Shown piece after piece: positions 12,682 to 24,867 of a stretch of 64,000 nt of DNA. The stretch spans positions 39,990,001 to 40,054,000 of the forward strand of contig NC_134471.1 in assembly GCF_964194025.1 (NCBI RefSeq), in the 5' to 3' direction. Within the stretch, counting starts at the first letter, position 1; each line of letters begins with the position of its first letter. The stretch is from Convolutriloba macropyga (taxonomy: Eukaryota). The notes beneath the pieces were generated by a model, which was not told the origin of the DNA, made no database searches, and saw only the letters and a program-made list of their open reading frames with translations. The translations under genes and the position numbers were made by a program.

Positions 12682-13147
12682 GTTAGTGTCAAACTCGGTC
12701 ACTACATTCTGATTACCAGAACGAAAATGAACTAAATGCAAAACGTACAATAAAATTCCAAACCTACATAAAAGAAATTCAAAAATGTTTTTTGCAGGAA
12801 CTAGGCTTTATCAAGGTATTATTCGTAGAACCAACGAAAAAAGAGTCCAGTTTTGAAGATATCTGATTCAGTACCGCATGGGTCTAAAATCAGATCCGAT
12901 ACTGTCCGGCATCTTCAAAACTGGACTCAGGCCTGGCATGTTCTACAAAATATGGGCTAGTTTGAACAGGCAAGTTTTGTCTTTTCATTGGGTTTTTCTT
13001 TCTTTTCGAATCCTTTGATTTTATCAGTAATATCCCGAAGTTATTATCAAGGCAAGAAAGTGGTAGACACCTATACAAAAAAACAATCTATATGAAAAAT
13101 AGAACTGTATGGACAAAGTTTCCGAAAAGAAACTATTTGAATTTCAG

Positions 13148-13353
13148 AGTAGGAGAACACATGCTCGCTTTGAAGGGTCTTCATGTTCAACTAATCGTAG
13201 AGGGGAAAGACAGTAAAAGCAATTTCAAGGAATTCTGTCATATCCAAACTGAGTTTATGTTTAACGACTCAGAGAGACCGAGAACACCTGAACAACTCAG
13301 ACAAACAACATTTTGTGTACAAACTGGGGTGCCACTAGCGTCTATTGCGTCAA
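13148..13353 (+). CDS. Paralog A exon 3
   Basis: TTTCAG acceptor, GTAAGG donor. VGEHMLAL...FNDSERPRTPEQL..TTFCV; homologous to 52054-52262. Confidence 0.87.
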
Positions 13354-13457
13354 GTAAGGGTCAAAGTATAAATAGCAGCCCAGTAGTTTTCAGTTAAATA
13401 ATAACGGCCGACTTTGTTAAAAAGAGAAATTCTATATAAAAAAGATCTTTACCATAC

Positions 13458-13615
13458 TGTAGTGAAACATATATTCTAGACTTTTGGTTGCTCATATTTG
13501 GTTGCGACTTCTTGTCAGATGTTTTTGGGAAAGAGTAACTCTCAGGTTTTTGGCGGTAGTGTCAATCATCAGCAAATGTCATGCTTTTCTTGAGTTCCCA
13601 AGGTCATTGGGAACA
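13458..13615 (-). repeat. BEL-1 3' LTR
   Basis: Direct repeat of 24091-24248 with TGT...ACA ends. Confidence 0.95.
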
Positions 13616-13782
13616 TGCTCCAAGAAGGAGGGTAGGGGTTGGAGATCATCTTGATTGTCGTTTGATCCGATATCCTTGAACCTATATAATTGGAATGAAA
13701 ATACTGTAAGGGCAATAACATCAAAGGGGGTGAATGTAGCTCATGTTGCCTAAGACCGAAGCGAAAAATTTGAATTAAAAAA

Positions 13783-16700
13783 CTACGGGGAAAAAACCCG
13801 TCCCAGGCCGCCGACAAGACGCACGAACGAGCCGTAAGCCGTTTTTACTTTGGCAACTCGTACTTCACCGTCTCGTCCAGGGGATGTTTCCACAACTCTT
13901 CCAAGGGGCCAGATTCCTCTCGGCGTCAAGTCCTTGAGTACCCACACAACATCTCCTAATTTCAGAGGAGGCTGGTTGTTGTCTGTCCATTTACGTCTCT
14001 TGAGTAATGTCGGCATGTACTCCTTAATCAAACGCCGCCACACGTGGTTCATCAACTGCTGCACGTGCTTTCAGTTCTTGAAACTAGCTGGCTGTTGGTC
14101 TCCAAAGTTTCCGGGTGGCATGGAACTGTAAGGGTGTTGAATGAGGAAATGGTTAGGAGTGAGTGGTTCTTCGTTTTCAGGCTGATCAGCAACGTTTGTC
14201 AAAGGTCTGGAATTCAGGATTGCTTCGACTTCTACCATTATTGTCTCAAAGATGTCGAAGGAGAGACGCTTAGATCCTAGAATGATTAAGAGCGTCCTTT
14301 TGGCCCTCTGAATCAATCGCTCCCACACGCCACCGAAATGAGGGCCGTATGGTGGGTTAAATTTCCATGTGGTTTTGACTGCAGCTAGGGCTTTATAAAT
14401 CTTGTCTTTGTCTAAAGCCTTAACCGACTTCTTCAGCTCTTCGGAAGCGCCAACAAATGTTTTTCCGTTATCGCTGTACAATAAAATAGGTTGGCATCTT
14501 CGGCAGGTGAATCGTCGATATGCATTGAGGAAGGTGTCTGTATTTAAATCTGGACATGTTTCTAAATGGACTGCTCGCGTAACGAGGCATGTAAAAATAA
14601 GTCCATAATGTTTCTCGATTTTGCCTTGTTTCAATATAAAACGGGCCAAAAAATTCCAGTCCTGTGTTGGCAAACGGAAATTTGGTTTCTTCTGTGGGGA
14701 AGCGGAAAGCAGGAAGTGGGGCCATTATTGGTTGTATATTTTGGGTGTCAAAACGGCGACACAGAAAACATCGGTATTTTATTGAAAGTAGTGTTTTTCG
14801 AAGTCCAATGACGTAGTAGCGTTGTTGTACGAAGGCTTTGACCGGTTCTGTTGCTTGATGAGCACAAATTCTGTGCGCATGTTCAAGGTATAGTCTCGCA
14901 ATCTTTTCCTTTGCGTCCAAGATTATTGGAAATTTTTCGATCTCCAATTCTGTTGGAGCAAATAGGAGACGGCCACTAGATCGTAGGAGTCCGTTCTGGT
15001 CAATTATTGGATTTAAGTTTCTCAATTTGCTCTTTTGTCTATTTTTTGTGTTCTTTTTAATGCGTTGATTGTTGAGGAAAAAGCATTGTTTTGAGACAAC
15101 TTAAGCAGAAAATTTTGAGATAAACAAACATCATCTTTTGTGTATTGGCTTTTGTCGGAACGATTCTTCTTAGCTCTGTAAATTAAATTGAAGACAGTCG
15201 CGAGGGTTAAAAGTAGCTTATTCCATGTTGAAAAGCGGTTTGGGTCTAGAACAGGTTCGATTGGGGTTTTTGTTTTTGTGGTTACGGCACCAACGGTTGA
15301 AATCTTTTTCATATCTTTCCAAGAACTTTCAGTGTTTTGCAAAAATTGTGGTGCTGTAAGCCATTTCGGGGGGATGTCTGATGGCTCAAGGCCACGCGTT
15401 CCATGGTCGGCTGGATTAAAATTAGTTGGGACATGATTCCACTCATCAGTTTGAGTTGTTTTCTTAATTTCTTCGAGTCGATTTGAGACGAAAACGTTTT
15501 GTTTCTTAGTTGAACTGATCCAATCTAAGACAACACGACTATCAGTCCACAAGTAGACTTTTTCAAATTTTAATGTCATTTCAGTTTGTAACAGTGTGCG
15601 GAGGCGTGTACCTAAAACGGCTGCTTCGAGTTCTAATTTTGGCACACTAATTTGTTTTATTGGTGCAACTTTGCATTTTCCAAGCAAAAAATATGTTTGA
15701 AAGATTTCATCCTGTTTTTGGGTGCGAATGTAAGCAACTGCTGACAATGCAACGGTTGAGGCGTCAACAAAGACATGGAGCTGGTGATTATTTTCCTGAT
15801 TCGTTGAGGAGTTCAACCATCTGGGGATTTCGATATCAGGCATTGCAAAGTAACTATCGAGCACTTTTTGTAGGGTGGAATGAAGTTCTGCGGGAAGTGG
15901 TTCATCCCACTTCTTACCTAGCTTCCAGACTTGTTGTAGAAGCATTTTGATTCTAATTGTGAGCGGGGACAAAATTCCTAGGGGATCGAAAATTGTTGAT
16001 ACTAAGCTTAACATTTTCCTTTGTGTATACTCACTAGCATTTCGGGGAAAATGTTCTAATGTCTTCATTAGAAAACAGTCAGTTCTGGTATTCCATTTCT
16101 GACCGAGGACTCTATTGATCTCTTTTAGTTCATCTCGATCTTCTTGCTCAATGAACCTTAGGGCTTCATGTTTGTTTGACACAAATTTCGTCGAGCGCAA
16201 ACCACCTTTATGAAGGCTATCTTTAGTCTGGTTAATGGTGTCAATTGCTTCTTCTATAGACGGCAAAGAATGGATATAGTAGTCCATATAAAAATGGTTC
16301 TTTATTGCATTAACTTCTTTTGGAAATTCAATTGCATTATCTTCTGCGCAACGGTTCAGAACGAAAATTGCTCAAGATGGGGAGCAGGTTGCTCCAAAAA
16401 TTAATCTGGTGAACTGGTATCGGTTAACCATCTCTTCATTGGGCCAGAGAAAGCGTAATGCAGATTGGTCCTCATGCCTTATTGCTATCTGCATGAACAT
16501 GCCTTCGATATCAGAGAGAATGGCAACTGGGTTTTCACGAAATCTCAGAAAAATTCCTACCAAGTTGTTCAGCAAATCTGGTCCTGTGATCAAATTGGAG
16601 TTCAAAGATTGTCCTCTAAACTTGGCCGCAGCATTTGCTACTCTGCGCACTTTTCCGGGCTTGTTTGGATTAACCACTGGGTGATGAGGCAAATACCAAA

Positions 16701-19700
16701 TTTTCTCGGGTTCTGGCTGCTGCATTTCAACTGGCTTGACATAAAATTTTTGAAGATCTGTTGTGAGAGTTTGCTCATACAACTCTTTCAATTGGAGGTC
16801 ATTACTGAGTCGCTTCTGAAGACTTTTCAGCTGGCTGAGAGCTGCAAAATAATTATTTTCAATTCTCAATGGTTTTTTCCAAGGCAGTCCAATTTCGTAC
16901 CTCTCACCATTGTAGCTGATTGTTTTGTTCAATATATCAAGGGTTTCCTTTTCAATGGGATTTTTAGATTCAGGCTCGGGTTGAGTTCCTTCAGCTTCAA
17001 TTTTCCAGAATTGCTCAAGCAATTCATCAAGAGGCTGAACGTCGGAGCTTCTTCGTGATACGTGGTACACGTACTGTTTCTGCTGGTGAGATCGTTGTTT
17101 GGGTTGCTTTTGCACTCTTTCATAGTCTCCAGCTAGGGTCCATCCAAGCCTCGTCTTTACGCCGAAAGGCTGGTTTTTAGTTGCCGGGATGACTTCAACT
17201 GGATGTGTGAAAGCAAAGTGTTTATTCCCAAAAGGGCACCGATTTTGCTGTCAGCTATTTCTGGGAAGTGAATGTGACGGAGTGTTTTGAATGCATCGCA
17301 AAGTTGGTTGAGTTCAAATGTATTAGCTGGTGCTACATTTAAACAAGGGGTGCGATAAGTGGTTGTAATTTGAAACTTTTGATCCAAATTTTCGTAGGAT
17401 GCAACTGTCACTTGTTCAGAAATTTTTGAAAGTGGCATATCATGCTCTGTGTTAAGATACTGAAGCGTAGTTGCTTCTTGATCTTCGCATGGAAGAGCAA
17501 GGAACTCTGTGATTTTGTCAAGTATGAAAGTAAATTGGCTTCCTGGATCGATCAGAGCGTACGTATCGAAAGCTTTTTTGCCGTTTAGAAAAGATACTGG
17601 GATAAGTTGAAGTTGTTCGAACCATTCTTTTGGTGTAGACTGTAGATGATTCACGCTAAAACTTTGGTTGGCATTGTTCAAATTAGCGCGCTGAAAATAA
17701 TTCTGATTTTTGTTTGCAAAAGACTGTCCGTAGCGGCTCTTTTGTGATTTGGATGAGGCGCTTGCATTGTTGTTACTTCCTGGTTCACATTGCTGTTTGA
17801 CAAGCTGATTTGCTTGGTTGGTAACACTTGTACCTGTGGAATTGCTGGTGGCAAAAGCAGCTGGTGGACGCTTGATAATTTAACAGGGTCATGCAGTGTT
17901 GTGTGGTGGTATCCGCTGCATGTTTGGCAGCGTTTTGTTGATGGGCAGTTTTGCTTCTTGTGTTTATTGCTCAAACAGTTCGAGCAAAGATTGCTCTTGC
18001 TTACAATGTCAAATCGCTGGTTTGGGCTGCATTGTTGGTAATCGGGACAGGTCGCTAGTATATGATTTCCTCGACATTTTTCGCAAGAACGCTTTGGTTG
18101 ATTTGAGTTGTTTAGGGGTGGGAATGGTGGAGCGCTAGGTGGTTTCACATTACCGCTACTGCTTATTGCTGTTGACTGATTTAGGCTAGTCGGCTGTGCT
18201 GGAAAACCTAAATTTTGGGTACTTAAATTTCTTGAGTGATTAACGCTGTTGTTCAAATTTCCAGAGATACTAAAGTTGTTTCTACGAAGGTTATTTTGCT
18301 GGAAGTTTTCGCGGTTTATCTTATCGTACACATGTGCTTGAACTTCTAACCATTTCTGAAATTCAACTAAAGTAGCTGGTGTTTGGATTGATGTAACGGT
18401 GTGCACTGTCCATTTGAGGAGGATGTTATGCGGGACTTTTTCTTTAGCTTTCTTCATAAGTGTTGAGCTCTGTAGTTCCGCTGTGTATCCGAGGTATTGG
18501 AAAGCTTGCACTAAACGTTTCAAGAACAAAGCAAAGGCCACAAAATTTTGCTTGTTATAGTCATTAGTTGATTTCCAGTTTTCCAATTGATTTATGAAGG
18601 CGTTCACCACTATTGTAGGATCACCAAAATACGACATTAGTTCATTTAAAGCTGTGCTATAATAAGCAGGATCACACGAATAAGCTTGGATTACATCTTT
18701 TGCTTTGCCAGTAACTGAATTTTGCAAATAGGTGATACGATGTGTGTCGGTGATACTGGTGTTGTTATGTACGAGGCAAAAAAAGTTATTTATCCATTCG
18801 TGGTACTTCAATGGGTTGCCATTAAAGTTTTGAATTGTAAGAGGTGGTAACTTTATTGAGTGTTTACTTGTTGAATTCTGGCAATATGGAGCTGTGTTTG
18901 AGGTCCACGGTAAAGAATTGATTTCAAATGAAGGGTTCTTGAACCTTTCATTTGATATTGGATTCAATACGCTGGAAAATTGATGTGAATGTGGTAATTG
19001 TGGCTGGGGATTTTGCTCTACTGAAGGCAGTGCATGTGGGGGAAACGTTGAGATTGAAGGAGCAATTGGAACGCTTTCAGTTACTGTTTTTGAACAGGCG
19101 GTTTGTTGAACACCGAATGGGTTGACAGGCTCAATGCCTACGGTATTGACTTGTAACTGTGGCTGGAATTGAGTGACGTTTCCAGGTAAATTTTTATTCT
19201 CTGTGTTTTTCGATTCATATCTATTATGCAATGGTAAAGAAAATATGTTAGATGATTGAAAATTGTTTGCGTTTTGGCAGGAATTTTCGGAGAACTGATT
19301 AAAGTTTGTCATTGTGTTACTCAGTTCAATTGGTTGTTTTGTCTGTTGCGGATCAAAATCTAGATTCTGTGCTTTTTCTTGACTGTAATATTTGACAGAA
19401 CTGGGATTCATCAAGCGGGGATTATGTGTTTCTTGGAATTGGGAACAACCCATGCTCTTTGGTTCAAACGTTTGCGTCTGAAACCGTTCCTCGGCGGTAT
19501 CTCGAGAAAATTCAGATAACATATTTTTTGACTGTAATTGATTATTAAGGTTTTCCTGAGGAAAACCGTTTTGAAAGTTATTTTGCGTGCTTACAAAACT
19601 GGTTGGCTGGATTGAATCATTGTCTGCTTTAAACTGCTGCTGGTTGACTGTAAAATTATTAACAGCAGATAACGTTGTATCACTGAGAGCAAAACGATCG

Positions 19701-20482
19701 GGAGTTTTTGCGACGGTCGTCTCAGGTTTCGCAAAATTTTTATCCGAGTGTTTTACTTCTGTTTTGGAATCAACTGTGTTATCGATGTTAATTGGTCTGA
19801 ATAAACTTGTTGTACTCATTGCAATAGTGGGGGGATTCTCGTTGTTGCCATTTAAAAACTTTGACAACATTGGTTTGGTCCTGTGGCATTCAGACAAAAA
19901 CAGGGATGGTTTCTCCGGTCTCGGTGGGAGAGGTGGTGTTTTGTTGGAGAATGATGAACGTTCTGGGTTGCTTGCTTCTGGAATCTCGTTCATTGATGGT
20001 GAGCATCTCCGTGAGGTTGGATATCTGGCAGTCGTATGAGTTGTTACACTGACATCATCGCGTATCCTAGTTGAAGATTGGCTGAGAAGTCCATCGTCAT
20101 CTAAACTGTCAATTTCGTGTTCAGATTTCTCTAGCCGTGACAGAAGGTTTGAATATCGTTCCATGACAGATGAAGCACTGCTGGAGTTCGGACTTTCTTT
20201 TAACACGGCATCAAGTGCTGTTTTCAGCTCGTCAACATTTGATTTTGCTTTATTGATGAGCAGGGTGAGTGATCTGAAACTCTTTCGCTGATCAATTGCA
20301 GATTTTAAGAGGTCCAGCTTGCTTTTCAAACTCAGCTCTGCAATTTTGAATTTGTTTAAGGCGTACTGGCAACTTTGCCTGTTCTTCTTTATCATCTTGC
20401 TCTTGTTGGTCTTTTTCGTACTAACAGGTAAAAAAAACGGCTTCGAAACCGGAGCGACGCAAATTTCAAAGTCGAAAAACAA
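13783..20482 (-). pseudogene. BEL-1 gag-pol polyprotein, disrupted
   Basis: DUF1759-like gag (FNGNPLKYHEW), three Cys/His knuckles, protease ALIDPGS, RT (YLPHHPV, SDIEGMFMQI, FGATCSP; catalytic YMDD altered to YMDY), RNase H (LHVFVDAS, PKLELEAA, WTDS, NPAD), integrase (HHCC, SDNG, PHFGGVWE, LNSRPL, WPLGRV). About six frameshifts or stops. Confidence 0.95.
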
Positions 20483-21399
20483 TAATTATGACACTGTGAG
20501 GCTAATCAGCCCCAGTTTTTGTTGTTAAAATACGACGCAACTTTTTTGAAAAATAGAATTCTATTGTTTTTTTTTGTGCTAAATCTAGCTAGTTTTATCT
20601 GAAAAAAAAAAGAAAAATAAACGTGTGCGCGCGCTTGTTTCGTTATTTCAATAAACACGACCAAATAATTGCGAAAATTAGGGAAATTAAGATTTCCTTA
20701 TGAGTATAATAAGTGTATGGCTCTTGAATAGTTTTTTGTTACAAACTTTTACAAGGGCTAACACTTTTTTCGAAAAAGGAACAAAAATGCTTAGAGGTTG
20801 CTACTGCTTGGATCCTGTGTTGAAAAAATTTAAGAGTTTTTTTTTCTAATTGCGGTGCGAATAGGCAACGTGAGCTACAGACAAGCAGACAAGACAACTT
20901 GATTTGTACTGGGGCTCGTTTGAAATTCTTTCCTTTTAAGTTGAACTGCTTGCCTCTTGTTTTCTTTTCAAAACTTTTGAAATCTTTACGTTGAAAATTC
21001 CTTCCGCTCTTGTAACTGCTGACAGTAAGTTTTGAAGATCATCTACTCTGGTAACTATTGACACCAAAAATACTCTCTCCTTCTATCTGGTGACTACTGA
21101 GACCAAAAAAGGGCAAAGGGACTTCTTCCGGCTATTTCTGAGACCGCGGACAAAAAGGAAGAGATGTTTGAGTTATCCAACTCAAAAGAAGTATTTGTGT
21201 GAGCAAATTTAACTGGGGAAATATTTCGAGCTTTTGGTTTTCTTGCTTTCGATCTAAAGAAAAAAGAATTCTTAATTTTTCCTCTTTTTTCGTTTTTCTT
21301 GAAGTTGTTTTCAGTGCATACTACCCCATTAACTAAGCGCGCGGCTAGTAGTATGCAAAAATTGAAAGCAAAAATGTGATTATCTGGTTTTCTTAAGAA

Positions 21400-23210
21400 T
21401 AAAGTTTTGCAAAAGTGATAAAATTTATTTATCAGCTTGTTTTGAAGTAAACTGAGTGGGTGCGATCAACATGTTTTCGGGGACAAATAAGTGTTTTAAC
21501 CAAAACTTTGGGAAAACGTTTTGAATTTTTTTTTTGAGTGAAAGAAGCAGTTTTGCCAATTTTATGTTGCTTCTTTACTAAATGTAAAATCAAAAAAGAA
21601 TTTTGAAGCTTGTCTTATAACAAACTGAGGGGGTTCAATGAATAGGTTTTCTTAGATCTACAAATTATATCTGTCAAAACGTCAAGAAAACTTTTTTGAG
21701 TTTTTTTTTTTTGAGTCTCAGAAGCAATTTTGCCAATTTTATGTTGCCTCTTTATTGAAATGCAAAAATGATAAACTAACTTTGAGGCTTGTTTTGTAAC
21801 ACACTGAGGGGGCTCAATGAACAGGTTTTCTTGGATCTACTAATTGTTTATAACAAAATTCCAAGAAAAAGTTTTTGAATTTTTTAAAGTCAAAGATGAA
21901 ATTTTGCTAAATTCAAGTTGCTTCTTTTGTAAAATGATAAATTGATAAACTAACTTGAAAGCTCGAATAATGGCAAACTGAGGGGGCCCAATCAATAGGT
22001 TTTCTTGGATCTACTAATAGTTTATATCATAACGTCAAGAAAACGTTTTTTGAATTTTTAAAGTCAAAGATGAAAATTTGCTAAATTCAAGTTGATTCTT
22101 TTCTAAAATTATAAATTGACAAACTAACATTAAAGCTCGAATTATAGCAAACTGAGGGGGCCCAATCAATAAGTTTTCTTGGATCTACTAATAGTTTATA
22201 TCATAACGTCAAGAAAACTTTTTTTGAATTTTTAAATCAAAGAAGCAATTTTTGCCAAATTCTCGTTGTCTCTTTGCTATAAAGCAAAGTCCATAAACTA
22301 ATTTTAAAACTCGTATTATAGCAAACTGAGGGTGACCAATCAATAGGTTTTCTTGGATCTACTATTAGTTTATATCATTACGTCAAGAAAACGTTTTTTG
22401 AATTTTTAAAGTCAAAGATGAAATTTTGCTAAATTCAAGTTGATTCTTTTCTAAAATGTTAAATTGATAAACTAACATTAAAGCTCGAATTATAGCAAAC
22501 TGAGGGGGCCCAATCAATAGGTTTTCTTGGATCTACTAATAGTTTTTATCATAACGTCAAGAAAACTTTTTTTTATATTTTTAAATCAAAGAAGCAATTT
22601 TTGCCAAAATCTCGTTGTCTCTTTGCTATAAAGCAAAGTCCATAACCTAATTTTATAACTTGTATTATAGCAAACTGAGGGTGCCCAATCAATAGGTTTT
22701 CTTGGATCTACTAATAGTTTATATCATAACGTCAAGAAAACGTTTTTTTGAATTTTTTAAAGTCAAAGATGAAATTTCGCTAAATTCAAGTTGCTTCTTT
22801 TCTAAAATGTTAAATTGATAAACTAACTTTAAAGCTCGAATTATAGCAAACTGAGGGGGCCCAATTAATAGGTTTTCTTGGATCTACTAATAGTTTATAT
22901 CATTACGTCAAGAAAACCTTTTTTGAATTTTTAAAGTCAAAGAAGCAATTTTTGCCAAATTCTCGTTGTCTCTTTGCTAAAAAGCAAAGTCCATAAACTA
23001 ACTTTAAAACTTGTATTATAATAAACTGAGGGGGCCCAATCAATAGGTTTTCTTGGATTTATTAAAATTTTTCCATTAAAATGTTGGAATAACTCTTTTT
23101 GATTTTTGACCCTCAAAAAAAGACCTTTTGCGACTTTTTCGTTTTTTGTGCAAAAATTTTACATAAACAACTAGACTTTATAAAAGTCAATTTAAGGTCC
23201 AACTGAGGTG
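21400..23210. repeat. ~174-bp tandem array (~10 units) in the BEL-1 5' leader, with alternating X/Y subtypes
   Basis: Anchor ACTGAG at 21451, 21624, 21803, 21977, 22151, 22325, 22499, 22674, 22850, 23025 and (degenerate) 23202. Confidence 0.93.
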
Positions 23211-23681
23211 TTCTATACAACTACTAATTCTACTGTTATGTAGATTTTTTGCGACAAATTCAGAAAAATGTTTTTGAATTTTTCTGATCCAAAAAAGGCT
23301 ATATCGTTTTTTCGTAAAATTTGTGTGTTGTTTGCTGCTAAATGCTGACATGTGGTTTCTCATGGCTATTTCTTTCAAAAAGCATCGACAAAAGCTCGCT
23401 GGGGGACAATTTTCATTTTTTTTTTTTTGAGATTTTTGTCGCAAAAAAAATTCAAGTTTTTTTTTGGATACGTCTAACCGGGAAAGGGACTTCTGAGGTG
23501 ACTTCTGAGACCTCGGGCTATCATCTCTTGGTGACGTCTGCAACCAAAAAAAGTCAGGCCTTCTTGATCGAGTGACGTCTGGAACCCTTGAAAAAAATCT
23601 CCTCGTCTTTGGTGACTTCTGAGACCAAAAAAACTGTCTTCGGGGGGTTTTTCTGATTGTTTCAAATCCTCTGTCCTCACC

Positions 23682-24000
23682 GTCAGCGGCCTGATTATCT
23701 CTTGTGCGGGGGAGGTAACTTGTCACTGTTTGCTTTGTAGTCAGCGGCCTGAATCCCTCTTGTGCGGGGGAGGTAACTTGTCACTATTTGCTTTGTCGTC
23801 AGCGGCCTGAATCCCTCTTGTGCGGTGGAGGTAACTTGTCACTGTTTGCTTTGTAGTCAGCGGCCTGAATCCCTCTTGTGCGGGGGAGGTAACTTGTCAC
23901 TATTTGCTTTGTCGTCAGCGGCCTGAATCCCTCTTGTGCGGGGGAGGTAACTTGTCACTATTTGCTTTGTCGTCAGCGGCCTGAATCCCTCTTGTGCGGG
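23682..24000. repeat. 58-bp GC-rich minisatellite (~5.5 units) just downstream of the BEL-1 PBS
   Basis: GTCAGCGGCC at 23682, 23740, 23798, 23856, 23914 and 23972. Confidence 0.95.
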
Positions 24001-24090
24001 GGGGGGGGTGATTGCACCCTCCTTGTGAACAAAAATCCGTTTCAGAAAATGGACTATGTTTCTTAATCACGGAGGTAGGTCTCCATTTTA

Positions 24091-24248
24091 TGTAGTGAAA
24101 CATATATTCTAGACTTTTGGTTGCTCATATTTGGTTGCGACTTCTTGTCAGATGTTTTTGGGAAAGAGTAACTCTCAGGTTTTTGGCGGTAGTTTTAATC
24201 ATCAGCAAATGTCATGCTTTTCTTGAGTTCCCAAGGTCATTGGGAACA
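24091..24248 (-). repeat. BEL-1 5' LTR
   Basis: Direct repeat of 13458-13615, followed on the minus strand by a TGG-starting PBS. Confidence 0.95.
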
Positions 24249-24478
24249 CATACAATTACCATTGTCGAAAAATCACAAAACGATGAAATCATAAGAAAAA
24301 TATTAAAAACTTGTAAGAGGTTTATGTAATGATATAAATCTGACAGTCAATGGTGTTCAGTATTTTTAACCCCCAATCCGGTACTAACGGCGTGACAAGA
24401 CAGACCAACAACTTTAAGATTAGCCGTGACGGTTAAAGCTTGGTCACTACAATATATACGTAAACTCTACCATTTTAG

Positions 24479-24867
24479 GTCCGTTGGTCCAGGCTATGCT
24501 GTGGATAACACCCCTACCAGCAGTCTTCACCATCCCACCAATTGTCCCAATTCAGTTTGGGTCACCCATGTCAAAGATTGCAAACACTACCAAAACGATG
24601 GAAAACTGCACCACTAAATCATCCGCAGTAATAAGCGAGCCCCCTATCTCTGTGGAAATCTCATCGACTGCGAAGCCTAGAAACGAGTACAATGAAAAGG
24701 AAATACTTTGTATCTTTTATATTGGATTCTTTGCTCCAGTTGTATTTATTTTATGTATTGCCACCGCTTATTATAAATGGGTTTCTGGTAACAGAGCGAG
24801 AGCAAATTTAGAAGTTCTTCGAGAAGTTAGATTGCGCCAGCTCGAAGTATCAGTTGACGAAATTTGA
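24479..24867 (+). CDS. Paralog A exon 4 (Pro/Ser/Thr stalk, TM helix, short cytoplasmic tail)
   Basis: TTTTAG acceptor in phase 1. TM ILCIFYIGFFAPVVFILCIATAYY. 389 nt, the same length as paralog B exon 4. AATAAA at 25049. Confidence 0.87.

Larger units (their letters stand above)
13458..24248 (-). mobile_element. Full-length BEL/Pao LTR retrotransposon (BEL-1), antisense in intron 3 of paralog A
   Basis: 158-bp TG...CA LTRs at 13458-13615 and 24091-24248 (2 mismatches). 5-bp TSD CATAC at 13453-13457 and 24249-24253. Candidate PBS TGGAGACC at 24085-24078. gag-pol in BEL domain order. Confidence 0.96.

Noticed and set aside
12798-12970. Possible extra exon of paralog A after the TTTGCAG acceptor
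   Set aside because: The required phase gives an immediate TAG and the other two frames hit TGA. Exon 2 joins exon 3 in frame without it, and paralog B has no counterpart.
13850-20528. Plus-strand ORFs overlapping BEL-1 (for example 16465-17058 and 19587-20039)
   Set aside because: Antisense shadows of gag-pol with no independent motifs.
23187-23726. 179-aa basic ORF in the BEL-1 leader
   Set aside because: Built from repeated leader motifs; the frame is not preserved in the homologous BEL-2 leader.
21400-24000. Regularly spaced repeats as a possible CRISPR array
   Set aside because: Whole units repeat with no unique spacers, there are no cas genes, and the context is a eukaryotic retrotransposon leader.
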